Source: Diadema antillarum (taxonomy: Eukaryota). Taken from it: 64,000 nt of DNA. The position numbers and the translations under genes are program-made. Positions 14,721-26,379 of this stretch are shown here, piece after piece; the stretch's first letter is position 1, and each line of letters begins with the position of its first letter. Where the stretch lies: the NCBI RefSeq assembly GCF_040938485.1, contig NW_027271056.1, positions 2,108,001-2,172,000 on the forward strand. Reading direction: 5' to 3'. The notes below the pieces were generated by a model. That model worked only from the letters and a program-made list of their open reading frames with translations, was not told the origin of the DNA and made no database searches.

Positions 14721-14819
14721 CTGGTACGGTGACTGATGGGCCGCGCTCGGGATCGCACCCGGGTAGTGATGGTGCAGCATCGAGGCGCTGGTCGGGCCGT
14801 AAAGAGAATGTTCCATCAT
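14721..14819 (-). CDS. Probable first coding exon (33 codons, phase 0) of an unidentified gene; His/Pro/Ser/Tyr-rich N-terminus like those of developmental regulators
   Basis: GC/CpG-rich ORF with tandem ATG ATG G (second ATG has A at -3, G at +4). Translates MMEHSLYGPTSASMLHHHYPGAIPSAAHQSPYQ and ends at a consensus donor CAG|GTAAGC (14721/14720). No in-frame upstream ATG before a stop near 14975. Confidence 0.6.
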
Positions 14820-14929
14820 AGCGACTGCTGGCTGGTATCCTCCCGACGACGGTGGGGGAAGTACTGGCAGGGTGACGGTGGGGAAAGTATAGGGCGACCT
14901 CGGGTTCCTCGCTCCTGTTCTGTCGTGAA

Positions 14930-15050
14930 GCTTAATTTGAGTTGATCGTCGACAAAATCCTTTGATTCTTAATAGTTAATATCATCTATGCGTTTCAAAC
15001 CATTTCAGCTCAGATGTGACGAAAATTAGAAAAGTCACGATGTTGTCCAT
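14930..15050 (-). other. Cluster of three short upstream ORFs in the putative 5'UTR
   Basis: ATG 15050 gives MDNIVTFLIFVTSELKWFETHR* (stop ends 14982); ATG 15003 gives MV*; ATG 14985 gives MILTIKNQRILSTINSN*. Confidence 0.35.
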
Positions 15051-15441
15051 CCACGGCGTAGTAGTACAGAGTTCGTCTATCGTATCAGATGTCGCCCGAA
15101 TAAATTCCGGTTTTCGTCTGCTCACTACGGAATAGCCCAGAGACAGCCCGGGTGTGGGTCCGCACTGCGGGGAGGGATTGGAACTACTACTCTCTGCAAC
15201 TCAGCTGCCGCGTCTGATGTCTCCAGATGCGTAGACCGACCGCAAAGTATCACGTGCGTTTGGCGACAAATAGTGGCACACTGCGCAGAAAGTTGTGACC
15301 ACGAGAGAGAAAGAGAAAGAGAGGGGGAGAGAGAAGGAAAGAGACACGCGATGGAACGACCAAGTGCTGCGGTTTACTGTGGGTTGAGTCCGATCCACAC
15401 CGAGTGGTGCTAGCGAGCCAGCGAGTTCAAGTTGATGATAC

Positions 15442-15555
15442 CTTTTCTTCTGCCTTCATGGTTTTCTTGCGTTCTTTCTGAAACAATCGCTGTTGTTGTC
15501 GTTGGATCTTACTGTTATCCTGGTCGAAACAGGCATCCACATACACGCGTTGACC
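15442..15555 (-). other. Candidate upstream (5'UTR or alternative) exon, 114 nt
   Basis: Pyrimidine-rich acceptor CCTTCTCGTGTTGCATTTTACGTTTCAG|G at 15556/15555 and donor AAG|GTATCA at 15442/15441. One frame is open throughout (GQRVYVDACFDQDNSKIQRQQQRLFQKERKKTMKAEEK). A further acceptor follows the CT tract at 15281/15280. Confidence 0.25.
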
Positions 15556-16596
15556 CTGAAACGTAAAATGCAACACGAGAAGGTGTAAATAAATATACAG
15601 CGATTACACAAATGCAGGTATCACATCAAATAGATTCCACTTTGAATCTTAAGCGTTCCAATATATTCATCTTTTATTGCAGCGTCGAGCAATATCGAAA
15701 GTCATACAAAGGTCAGATGGTTTCTTTTATTTAACAGGAGACTCTTTTTCTTTGCATCAATCTATACACAAAAAAAAAAGCATGCTCTGCACGAAATACT
15801 TCTGCTTTAATAGAAAAAGGGCAAATTGTGGAAAAATAGATCAAAGATTGACATTGATGAGCAAAGGTAATACAGTGTACCATCAAGACCTGGAAGAGGT
15901 CGTACAATCCTGACCTGCAATCTAATAACACTGTGTATGTAGGCCTATGTGTGTGATTAGTGTGCTTTTTTATACTAGCCTGTCAGTGACAGACACACAA
16001 AGGTTGTTACTGAACTGCCTTATACAGTAGTCAGCATGGTTGATGGCAACAGCATTGATAAAGGGATAAATGACGTCATCAAACCTGTATTTTTTAGCCC
16101 TTGTTCTGAAAACCACTGCTCGAGTCCACGACACATACACTCTTGACTTTGTAGCAAATGACAGTGATAATAATGATAGTAATGATGATAATTCGCATAA
16201 CAGTTTATTTACGAAAATGTCTGTCATTTTATTATCTGAGCTCTTAGAACCCAAGATTTTAGCGCTTTCGTGCCGAAATGGTATTCTGTCTATTTTCGCC
16301 TTTTCCTCCTCTCGTTCTCACCTTGATTCCAATGGGTAGATTATGTAAAAAGTAACGACTTTTATTCCTAATGCATGAAGTTAGGTTCGTTCGTTCTATT
16401 TTGACAGAGGAAGTTAGTTTGGATTCGTTGAAAGTGTTAGTTTTGATACCGTCATAAATATGTTGACTCTAAAACATTTTCTTTTAAATGACGTATAGGA
16501 TGTGTTTAGCAACTTCCGCGTCAATGATTTAATACAAGTTTCTCGTTGACTTTCGTCATGAAAAATTCTCGTGTTATTATTTTTCGATTGTTCGAT

Positions 16597-16612
16597 GCCA
16601 TAGAGGGCGCTA
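16597..16612 (+). promoter_or_regulatory. CTCF-like motif about 1.8 kb upstream of the ATG
   Basis: GCCATAGAGGGCGCTA; the TAGAGGGCGC part matches the core exactly. Confidence 0.35.
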
Positions 16613-17098
16613 ATCATTCTCAACCGTGCAAGTCCCACACTGTCCCAGGCTGTACAGAATACTTTAGCACAGTGTGTGACGAGGGTTTCACCAAATGTGG
16701 TCTGAACAAGTAGTTATCACTATGAAACTTTTATTCATTCGAATTTATACTATCAAAAGCGAAACTAACTTTAGGAGATACATATGGGAGAAAGAAAATG
16801 CAAAGTTTTTTTTGTGTGTGTGCGTGTGTGTGTGTATTATCATGTGTTTTTTTCCTCCACCTGTTCAATATGGCATTAAAAAATCACATTGAACAAACAA
16901 ACAAAAACAAAAACAAAACGTTCGTGGGTTAAAGGAAACGACGTGGTCTAGGTTGACCTTGATTCAACCAAGGGAATGGAACTCAATTATTAATGTTCAC
17001 GCTAATCTAAACAATGGTTCCGGAAGCACTTTTTCTAGAAGAAATTATGTGTGTCAGAGGAGAAATAGAAAGAAAAAAGGGGGTGGGGTGGGAAAGGG

Positions 17099-17101
<3 letters not shown>

Positions 17102-17142
<41 letters not shown>
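17102..17142. repeat. (AG)n microsatellite
   Basis: Direct reading of the sequence. Confidence 0.95.
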
Positions 17143-17144
<2 letters not shown>

Positions 17145-18040
17145 GGTGAGAGAGGGAATCTCACCAAAGATAGATTTGTTGGTATTTTTTGTAAACATGT
17201 GTAAATATCAACCTTCATTAGTTTCCTGGAAGACAAACCACATCAAATCTTAAATTTCCTGAAAGTGCAGCGATTGCTTCATAATATTGTCAAATATTGT
17301 ATTAGAATGTGGATTTTTTTTCTGTAATCAATACCAAATGTACATAAACTATAAACCATTGTCGCCACAGTGTTCTTTACACTCTTCGTTAACCCGCAAT
17401 GCAAAGAATCTAGAATGTGTCTACGAAAAACAAAACAAAACAAAACAAACACCCGAACAGCTGGTATCAGAATTCCTCGTTTACATTATTGATATGATAC
17501 TAATAATTTGAATAAGGAAGAATTGATAATATTCATATTTCACAATCATGTATACAGTGTATGAGATAATGATACCATTTTAAAATTCTCAAGTTCCATT
17601 CTGAGAATGAATGAAAACTGGAAAAAAAAAATCATCACTTCAGAAATTATCTTAATACAATGACTTAGTGATAATAATCATCAATACAAATATACCAGGC
17701 CTCAGAGGTTCTGGAAGCAACTATATTAAATGGGTTAGTCAAATACCGGTTATAGTGATTGGCTAAACATAGTCACGTAATGGAGGCACATTTTGTTATG
17801 TTCGCCCATGGGCAGAACATTTTTTTAATGTTCTCCCTTGGGAAAACATTTTCACGTAACAAATGACAAACGATACCAAACGATTGAACGATCATATTTT
17901 TACGCAATTGATAGGATACATTTGCCGTGAAAAAGCAGATGACCGTTTCTTGTAATACGTACGAAAGTGTGATTTGACTTACCCGTATAATATAACAGAT
18001 GATGACTTTTGTTATCGGGAACATGTACCAAACGTTCCAC

Positions 18041-18250
18041 TATCAGGGTTTGAAATGTTATTTCGGGAGGCTTTAGGTCCCTCGACTTCGTCTCGGGACT
18101 TATAACCTCCCTCAATAACATTTCAAATCAAATCCTCAATAACATTTCAAAAACTCGGGACTTATAACCTCGGGACTTATAAGTCTCGGGACTTATAACC
18201 TCCCTCAATAACATTTCAAATCAAATCCTCAATAACATTTCAAAAACATT
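18041..18250. repeat. Palindromic repeat-element core with a local exact 64-bp duplication
   Basis: TTTGAAATGTTATT..GGGAGG / CCTCCC..AATAACATTTCAAA inverted arms around CCCTCGACTTCGTCTCGGG; 18091-18154 is repeated at 18184-18247. Confidence 0.65.
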
Positions 18251-18476
18251 CGGTATGTTCCCTCCCCCGCCAGTCATCATCTATATAATGTGCATGAGGT
18301 GACTTCAATAGTGCTATACCTCGACCTGAAACATTCTATCATTCATAAAGATTGTTGATGGAAATTCAAATATATAACTTTAACAATATTCTTATCGTCT
18401 GAATTATGTATATGTAAGAATGTAAATTATTCATACGTGAAAGACAAAGAGCCGTTATAAGATTTCTTGATAAACC

Positions 18477-18633
18477 NNNNNNNNNNNNNNNNNNNNNNNN
18501 NNNNNNNNNNNNNNNNNNNNNNNNNNNNNNNNNNNNNNNNNNNNNNNNNNNNNNNNNNNNNNNNNNNNNNNNNNNNNNNNNNNNNNNNNNNNNNNNNNNN
18601 NNNNNNNNNNNNNNNNNNNNNNNNNNNNNNNNN
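18477..18633. other. Assembly gap
   Basis: N run. Confidence 1.
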
Positions 18634-18882
18634 TTTGATTTTACTGTTCCACATCTCAAACACAAATAACATGATACAATCGATTGAACATAAGACTGGA
18701 CATAGCGTCGTAATTAAAGAATACAAGAGAAGACAATTTAACAAACATGAAATGTGGGGGACCTACTAAAAAGCAGAACTTGTAATATATAGGTCCCTAT
18801 ATAGATGAAAATGTTGGTCTTCTTAAACAACCTAGTAACGAAAACTATGAAAGGAAGGAAAGGGACGTAAAGGAAAAGAGAG

Positions 18883-18884
<2 letters not shown>

Positions 18885-18926
<42 letters not shown>
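18885..18926. repeat. (TA)n microsatellite
   Basis: Direct reading of the sequence. Confidence 0.95.
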
Positions 18927-18928
<2 letters not shown>

Positions 18929-19349
18929 TCTCTTAAAATCATGCATGTTTTTATTTGAACACAATCTGAGTTCACAGTGAATTACCGAATTCCAATGGTT
19001 GAGTGTATTTACGCAATTCCGAGCAAATCTGTTTTTGTGTTTGTGTTTGTGTTTGTGTGATGCTTGGCAGTCATTGTGTCCAAAGCCGGGTCTTATCAAA
19101 CTTCAAAGCAAAAAGTACCCTTCAATTTTTTGCCTCCATTAAAATATACGATCTCTAGAGCTGATGATCTTATAAGCAGGTGCTAACAAAATAGTCACCC
19201 TATATAGTCCAACAGGCAAGGTTGAGAGAGGTTGTAAAAGATTCGATCAAATAAGGTTACCATGATTATTGGGGCTGGAGTGCGCCTAACTTCATGCGAT
19301 CACCACCCCAACTCATTTCCCGCGAAAGGAAATTTCCCCCAAATTCCCA

Positions 19350-19660
19350 AAATTCTGTGAGTGCTGAAATATTAGTATGTAGAACATATGAAAATATGGA
19401 AAATCTGTGTGACAATCCATTAAAAAGTTATGAATGTTCAAACTTTGGTTAAATCCATGTCACATAACTGTTTGACAAAGAAGGCTACGCAATTCATGAT
19501 GTCGCAGTTGTGGAACGATATGAGGAAAGCATAAGGAAGATTCCAAATATTTTAACTTTTCTAGCAAAAAGATGTTTGACTTACATCTTTCGAAGGCAAG
19601 GGGATTAATGTCACTCTTAACATATTTCAGTAAGTCAAGGAAATGTGTGGTTTTTTTTCA
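19350..19660. mobile_element. Fragment of the same family as the 32.8-33.3 kb element
   Basis: TTGACTTACATCTTTCGAAG...CAGTAAGTCAAGGAAATGTGT resembles the reverse complement of about 33030-33105. Confidence 0.5.
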
Positions 19661-21574
19661 TTCTATTTTTTAAATTCTCATGAGGCCTAATCTCGAAAAC
19701 AAAGAGATTGAAAACATGGTCACAGATGACGACCTATATTTAATAACGAAAAGTTAGTAATAACAGTGTTCAATTATCAAACGTGCGCAATTGATTTGAT
19801 CCCCTCAAATGTGGGATCAAAAAGTCTCATTCAAAGACTTACGGTAAGGATCTAAGTAAGAACGTAAATGAAAAAAAAAATCAAAATTAATGATTCGTAG
19901 ACTGAAAGTGATGGAAACAGAGTAAAAATAATCGCGTTCGATGAAACGTTAATTATAATTATATATAATTACATATAAATGTACACGCCTGTGTTCATAT
20001 GTGTGTTCTATATAGAGAGTATTAGTACGAATTATAAGACAGCATGGTCTATTGCCATTAGCCTATACATTCTTGCCCAACTCTTACCGAATACGAAAGA
20101 AATAAGATAGTTTAATCTAATAGTCTTTCATGATTTTTTTCCTGAAGATTAGCTCATTAGAATGATAATGATAATGTATAATAGCTATAATAACCATTAT
20201 AACCTATTCGTTTCAAAGACTCGTTAACTCGCGCAATTTTTTAGAACATGATTCTATGTTTTGTTTAAAAAATGATAGTTCGTTAGTTTTAATAAACAGT
20301 CTTACTGTGATAATTCCTCGCGGGGTGACACATTTTTCTGGGAACCAACTCACCCTTCTCGAATAAGGGTTACTTGACTCACAACTTATGACGTCACTGA
20401 TTTTCCAGTAGAGAACGATGACTACATCGCGATGCTATGCCTCTGAGATTAGAAGAAGAAAAAAAAAAACAGAAACAAAACAACAACAAAAGGGGCAGTG
20501 TTTTCTACGTTGGTTCGCTCACCGGGTCGCGCGCTAAAAAATGATTTACAGCAAGACTTCTTTCGCGAACACAGAAGTGAAATGAAGATTGATGGCAGAG
20601 ATGACGCATCTCTTGGTCACTGACAAGTTCATGGGAGCAACATCACGTTTGAAACAACTCCATCATACTCACACGACAGGTACTGTTATATATAAGGGAC
20701 ACTTTGCTCTGTTTAAACCCACAGAAAACAACAGCAACAACAACAGTATCGTTTCCCCACTGCATGTGAAGCAACGTAAAACGAAAGAAAGGCATCGGAA
20801 CAACGCAATGCAGCAGCATAAGCAGCAGCAGCAACATCAGCAGGTTTCTAAACAGAAAACATTTCTACGAAAGTCTCTTCTTCACCTGATGTGTTTCAAG
20901 GGTAACTACCTTCCCCTGTTAACTGCGGCAATACAATGCACAATCGCCTAATCCTCACTTTTCCCAGTTCAATGTTATGTGTACTTGTGTACGTAATAAC
21001 ATTTCAGTCGAAACCAAGTGTGTTGTTGTTTTTTTGTATAGGCGTGTCGTCACCCATACACACATTACCAACCTGACAGTTGTCGGGGGTTTTTTTTCTA
21101 TTTATTGTATTACCTTCGAATACTTTCTACCTTAAAATTGCAATATATATCACCATCAAAATCAAAAATTTTGATATGTTCATATTAGTGAAACAAAAGA
21201 AACGATTTTCACTTCTCTAAATCGTCGGAGTATGACATTCCTTGAAAAGGCGTGACTGTTCGAGTTGGGATAGTAGTTTTCAAAGTGCATCTACAAGACT
21301 CGAGTTGGATTTAAAAAAATAAACTACTTAACCAATCTTTCTAGTGTTGCAAAAGCACAACTTTTATTGGGGTGTTACGGGAGGAGTAGGACGGAATAAG
21401 AGAGAGGGGGAGATAGAGAGAACGAGAAAAACACAACAACAGAATAAACAAACAAACATTGGTCCGGGCTATAAGCCACCTTTTCGCATTCAGCGCAACT
21501 GTCATCTAATATGAATTTCACATTTGGAAGCTTAGGGGGGCTTAATTTAGTTTTAATTACTCCCTCGGGGAGTT

Positions 21575-22010
21575 CGCGGGAGTGAAACATCCATCAATGA
21601 GCCTACAAAATACCCAGAAGCCCTAGCGAAAGGGACGATCGCTCTTCGCTTTTCATTGTTTTAAGCCGGGTTGATGGACCGCCATTACGTGTCACGTGGC
21701 TCTTTACATCTGGGCTGACACTTCGTCCCATTGCTCATTAGGCTCGTTCGCTGCTAATGGCGTCCATAATAATTCTATCTGTTCTCCCTTAACAATCACT
21801 TGCATTACGCATAATAATGAGACTAGCAATGGGTTTACACATGGATATCACTTATTTAAGAGTCCTCTAGAGAAACGCCAACACTATATATCTGCTTCCT
21901 TCGTTACAATATCTTGAAGAAGAGTACCAATTAAACATATCGACGACAATAATTTCAGACAATTATCACCTACAAATTGGCAATGCAATCATCTCGTTGT
22001 GATGGATAAT
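21575..22010. promoter_or_regulatory. Candidate enhancer with Pbx/Hox-type TGATGGAT sites
   Basis: CATCCATCA 21588-96 (TGATGGATG on the minus strand), TGATGGAT 22000-07, Sox-type CATTGTT, E-box CACGTG and CTCATTAG. Confidence 0.4.
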
Positions 22011-22983
22011 GCATATTGACCGACCATTACTTTATCCTTCTGGTGGGGACATTATCTTGTGGTGTGCTGCTTATATCCTGACCTCCTTTTCTATCCAAGG
22101 CACGCTATTAAAGATACATTGCCAGCCGGTATAACGGTTTTTGTTAAAGTTTGATACAGAGAAAACAATATCCGAAATGAATATATGATTTCTCGACGAC
22201 AAGTAGTGTCCAAGGCGGTGCATCTTTGTAAAACTTTGTGAGAGTGAATATATGGTGCTCCGCGCAATAATTCTTATTTTTCTGTTTTCTTTTTCTTCAC
22301 AATATTGTTGTCAATATAATATCCTTGACGGTGTGTGTATAGGAGATAATACTTATACAAATAAAGACTTCCGACCTCCAGAACTGAAAGAAAAGACGCA
22401 GAGAGCGTTGAGTGTATACTGTTAATATGGGAGTTACCGTAAATATAACAAATTCTTCTGCGGTGTCTGGTGGCCAATTATGTCTTAATCATTGTTAATC
22501 GCAATTATTTCTCGACAGTGTTAGCGTCGCAGTTGTTTTTTTTTTCGTATAAAGCAATTATGGTCAATGAGTTGTGTTTCCATTCATCGGCTCTATCGCC
22601 ATGTCATGTGTAATTCGTTGATACTTTACTGACTGTTTACTAATTTCTAATGACAAATGTGCTCGTGAAAGATGCACCCAGGTTGAGGTAAAATTATGGA
22701 ATAGCCACCTGCGATCAGACGCTTACCTGAATGAGGCAAAGTGATAAAGAATGGAACTTTCTCGAGTGAGGTTCCAGTTCTGTGTTCGGTTTTTGTAAGA
22801 ACGCAACTCATTGACACCTATAATATTTTGTCAGTAATTGTTGTGTGATATCATGGTACAGGTATATGACATGAAGGTTTGATATACATTTAGAAACAGA
22901 TTTAAAAAATTGAAGAAAAAAAAAATCCTTTTTCATGAAATAGTCTGTCTTAAGCACATTTAGTATAGAGCATGTCGAGGGTA

Positions 22984-23450
22984 CACTGCAGAAAAGTCCG
23001 GTATTTAAAATATGAAACATCGAGTTGGTGTTAAATTTCCGGTGCTCATTTATGGTGTTAATTAACACCTCCGGGTGTCATTTCAAAAAAAAAAAAATGT
23101 TTTTTGAATAGTTTTTTTAGTTACTGTTTTTCTTGTTGATTTTGAACTTCAACAAGACGATCAAGAATTTTCCCATAAAGTACTTGATTTTTGAAAAAAA
23201 AGTAACACCAGTTGGTATGGTCTCCCAGTGATACTGGACGGATGTCATACCATTAACATTAACATCAGCAATATCAAATCAACACCATGCGGTGTCATTG
23301 TTGAATTAACACCACGAAGTGCCAGGTGACCTCTTTTCAACACCATTACAACATACTTTCTACACCTGTGGTGTGGTCCTCTATTGACATTTGATCGGTT
23401 TTAGATTTAACACCCATGGTGTTAAATCCAACACCGATGTTTTTGCAGTG
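22984..23450. mobile_element. CACT-type (EnSpm-like) MITE
   Basis: TIRs CACTGCAGAAAA / TTTTTGCAGTG, TA on both sides, and repeated AACACC/GGTGTT subterminal motifs. Confidence 0.75.
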
Positions 23451-25164
23451 TATTTTAGGGGAAATGCACATTTGAATGGATTTGTTGTTCCTTTTTTGAT
23501 GGGAACTTTCTCACAAAATTTGCTGTGGTCAATTTGTTTGAGGTTGGGTTCCATTCTAGCCCCAAGACGCAGTTTTTTATTAAAAATCAGCAAATTCGAT
23601 TTGTTATACGGTTGTATAAGACTGATCAAGATATTGTACCATCAATACGTTTTTGAAATGCAGCGTCGACAGTAAACTGGATTTATGCACTTTTTAGTGC
23701 ACTCTTCTTTTCATGACATAGTTCGCACTGCTAAAAAATCGAATAAGAAATAATAATGGTAAAACTAGAATGATGAAAGCATGGTGATAATATTGATGAT
23801 AACACAATAATATCAACAGTAGTAGCAATAATATCAAATAGATAGTTAAAATGACGATACTTATATTACTACTACACAATATGTATTGTACTACTAGTAG
23901 TATCCGTAGTGGGAATGGCGCCTACTGATAAGCGCTTTTCAATATTTATACCGTAGAAACCTTGTTAAATTTGTCATTCAACTGTACGAGGTAAAACCAA
24001 ATAAATTTCTGGGGGGGGGGGGATGGCTGCATTCTCTTCATACCTAGCAACCATGGAGTCCTACCTCGTGGATACCTACATGTGGGACTTACGACCTACA
24101 CCGGTGCCCATGTGTATTTATTTCACGTTAGTGAAAGATGTCGGAAAAGCGGTGACCCAAACCCTCGAGGATTAAAGCGCCGACGAACCGTGATACCCCC
24201 GTGGTTCTTTTGTTTCTTCTTGAGATATTTCATTCATCGTCGTTTCTCTAAGCCAGAAATTTCCAAATAAACGTTCGCGGGTCGCATGGCGAGAAATTTT
24301 AATTGCACTTGAAGAGCGAAGGGGACTATAAACAAGCAATCGCGTTTACGGGTTTCCCAGGGACCCTTGGGTGCGATGTAAGCGTTAAAGGGGGTTGCTA
24401 TTTTAGGAAGAATTCATGGAGAACTTCTTTCCGTTCAAAATTCGTTCTACGCTCCCTCTTTATGCTAATAAAAAAAAAAAAGATTCTTGTAAGATTAGTA
24501 TAGTAATCATCGTGTATTACTTACTAGTTATTTAGGGCACCAAAGCTAATATTTAGATCTGTCTGCTGGAATTAAAGGAGAAAGTTGTTTAGATTAATGA
24601 AAGAAATAAAAGGTTAAAGAAGGAGAAACAAAGATTGACAAAATAAGACTTATAATAAATCCCTTCTATGTGTGTTCATTTAATCTCTTCCTCACATTTA
24701 ATCAGACAATCAAAACCGTCACGCCAAACCCATATTACATCTGTTTAGCTACGAACAAAGAAATGTTTGTGCGCAAAGAATAAATCACGTGTGGCTGGTT
24801 ATTTATCACCGTCATTATTTACACATATTTGTTGTTGTTGCCGCTGTTGTTGTTCTCACTTCACGATGTCTTCATCCTCAATTTTTTCTTTTTTGTTAAC
24901 AAGACAGGGGAAAGATTTAAAAAAAAGATCTCTAGGAGAAGGGTGAGGGAGATAAAGTCCGAAAATTTCTGGTTCTTGAAATATCGTTTTATCATGAAGT
25001 AGGATCAGATATACGACGTGAGAATGGAGCAAGCTTCTAGACCCAGCCAATAAGTCTTGAGACAATGCACAATTGCTTGTGTCGATTCAAAGCCAGATCC
25101 GCTCAGAAACATAATAGCATGGATATCCGGATATCCGACGACTTGATCCGACGGCGGAGGTTCG

Positions 25165-25178
25165 GCGCCACCCAGCGC
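25165..25178 (-). promoter_or_regulatory. CTCF-like motif
   Basis: Minus strand GCGCTGGGTGGCGC matches 12 of 14 positions of the core. Confidence 0.35.
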
Positions 25179-25693
25179 TAGCCTTGAACTTGTGGCGTCT
25201 AACCGCACGGGAAGCAGTAACAACTGGTCAGCGCAACGCTACAGATCAAAGCGTAGAACAGGGAGGTTTCCACCTTCCTGGACAGACGCAATGGCCTTCT
25301 TCTCTCCAGGGGGTTCGCATGATGCACTCATTAGCATCCATTGTTTGTACAACAACCGGTCTAAGGTCTATGCTGAGTGTAACAGCGGCAGCGGGTCAGT
25401 GCAGTGATAGTAGTGTGTGTTCTCCTTTCTTTATCTATCGATTCTGGAAATGGATCTTCACGTATAGACGGCGTGTCGATGACTTTAAACGTGCTGCACT
25501 GCGCATGTGATGTAGGTCAGCCGAGGACATCGGTAACTTACTAGAAAGGCGGAACATCCTTTCCACCTCCCTGGACCAACTACCGATATCTCGCGTTCAT
25601 TTGGTCCATTTCACTAGAGTAACTCGATGTATGCATGAATATTCATAAATTGATCACGCAGTAATGTAATATGAAATTCGCTTGGCAGATGCC

Positions 25694-26256
25694 AGTTACG
25701 TTCAGACGGTGATCCTTAACTTCGAGGATAAGCTTACTTCGAGGATACCTATCAAACGAGGAATGTTCGCTTGCATTTTAATTTCGCGAATTTCGCGTGA
25801 GCCAGGTATCGCGAAATTAAAATGCACGTGAAAGTTCTTGTCTACACTATGCGCATTGAATGTTAGAGGCAACTCGCGAAAATTTCATGCCGCGAAAAAG
25901 CTGTCGGCTCCAATTGGCGAAAATTTCATGCAGCGAAAATATCGTGTTTTACAGAGTAAGCTTGTAGTTAAGTATGGGGTTCCAAGTGTCGCATGGTCTC
26001 TTTCGTAACGAAATGGCCATTTCGACGAAATTGTTATTTCGTTGACAAAATTGTCGTTTCGTGACGAAATTGTTATTTCGTCAACGAAACTGCCATTTCG
26101 TCGATGAAATTGACGTTGTCGCTTGTTAACGGAAATACCCCCAATTGAGATACAGAGAAAGAGACCATGCGACATTTGGCGCCCCGTACTTGACTACGAG
26201 CTTATCCTCGAATTTAGTTTATTTTTGAAGTTAAGGATCGCCGTCTAAAAGTAACT
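25694..26256. mobile_element. Long-TIR MITE whose left arm is interrupted by a second MITE
   Basis: Right arm 26158-26256 is the reverse complement of 25694-25735 joined to 25959-26003 (AGTTAC..AGACGG(T/C)GATCCTTAACTTC..GAGGATAAGCT..GTAGT..AAGTA..GGGG..CCAA..GTCGCATGGTCTCTTT). Confidence 0.7.
25749..25953. mobile_element. CGCGAA-rich MITE nested in the element above
   Basis: Repeated TTCGCGAA / CGCGAAAATT motifs, degenerate TIR CTATCAAACGAGGAATGTT / AATATCGTGTTTTACAG, inserted near a TA of the host arm. Confidence 0.55.
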
Positions 26257-26379
26257 ACTATATCTACTCAACCGTTAAGTATGGATCATCCCTTATGGAA
26301 CAAACACAGTGTTACCACACTGTGTTCACATAGTGAACTATGTGTAAAATGTGTGAATGTACTGTGTTCACAGTGTTGT

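Noticed and set aside
14604-14819. 71-aa single-exon protein from the ORF track
   Set aside because: Sequence after codon 33 begins at a consensus donor and reads like intron.
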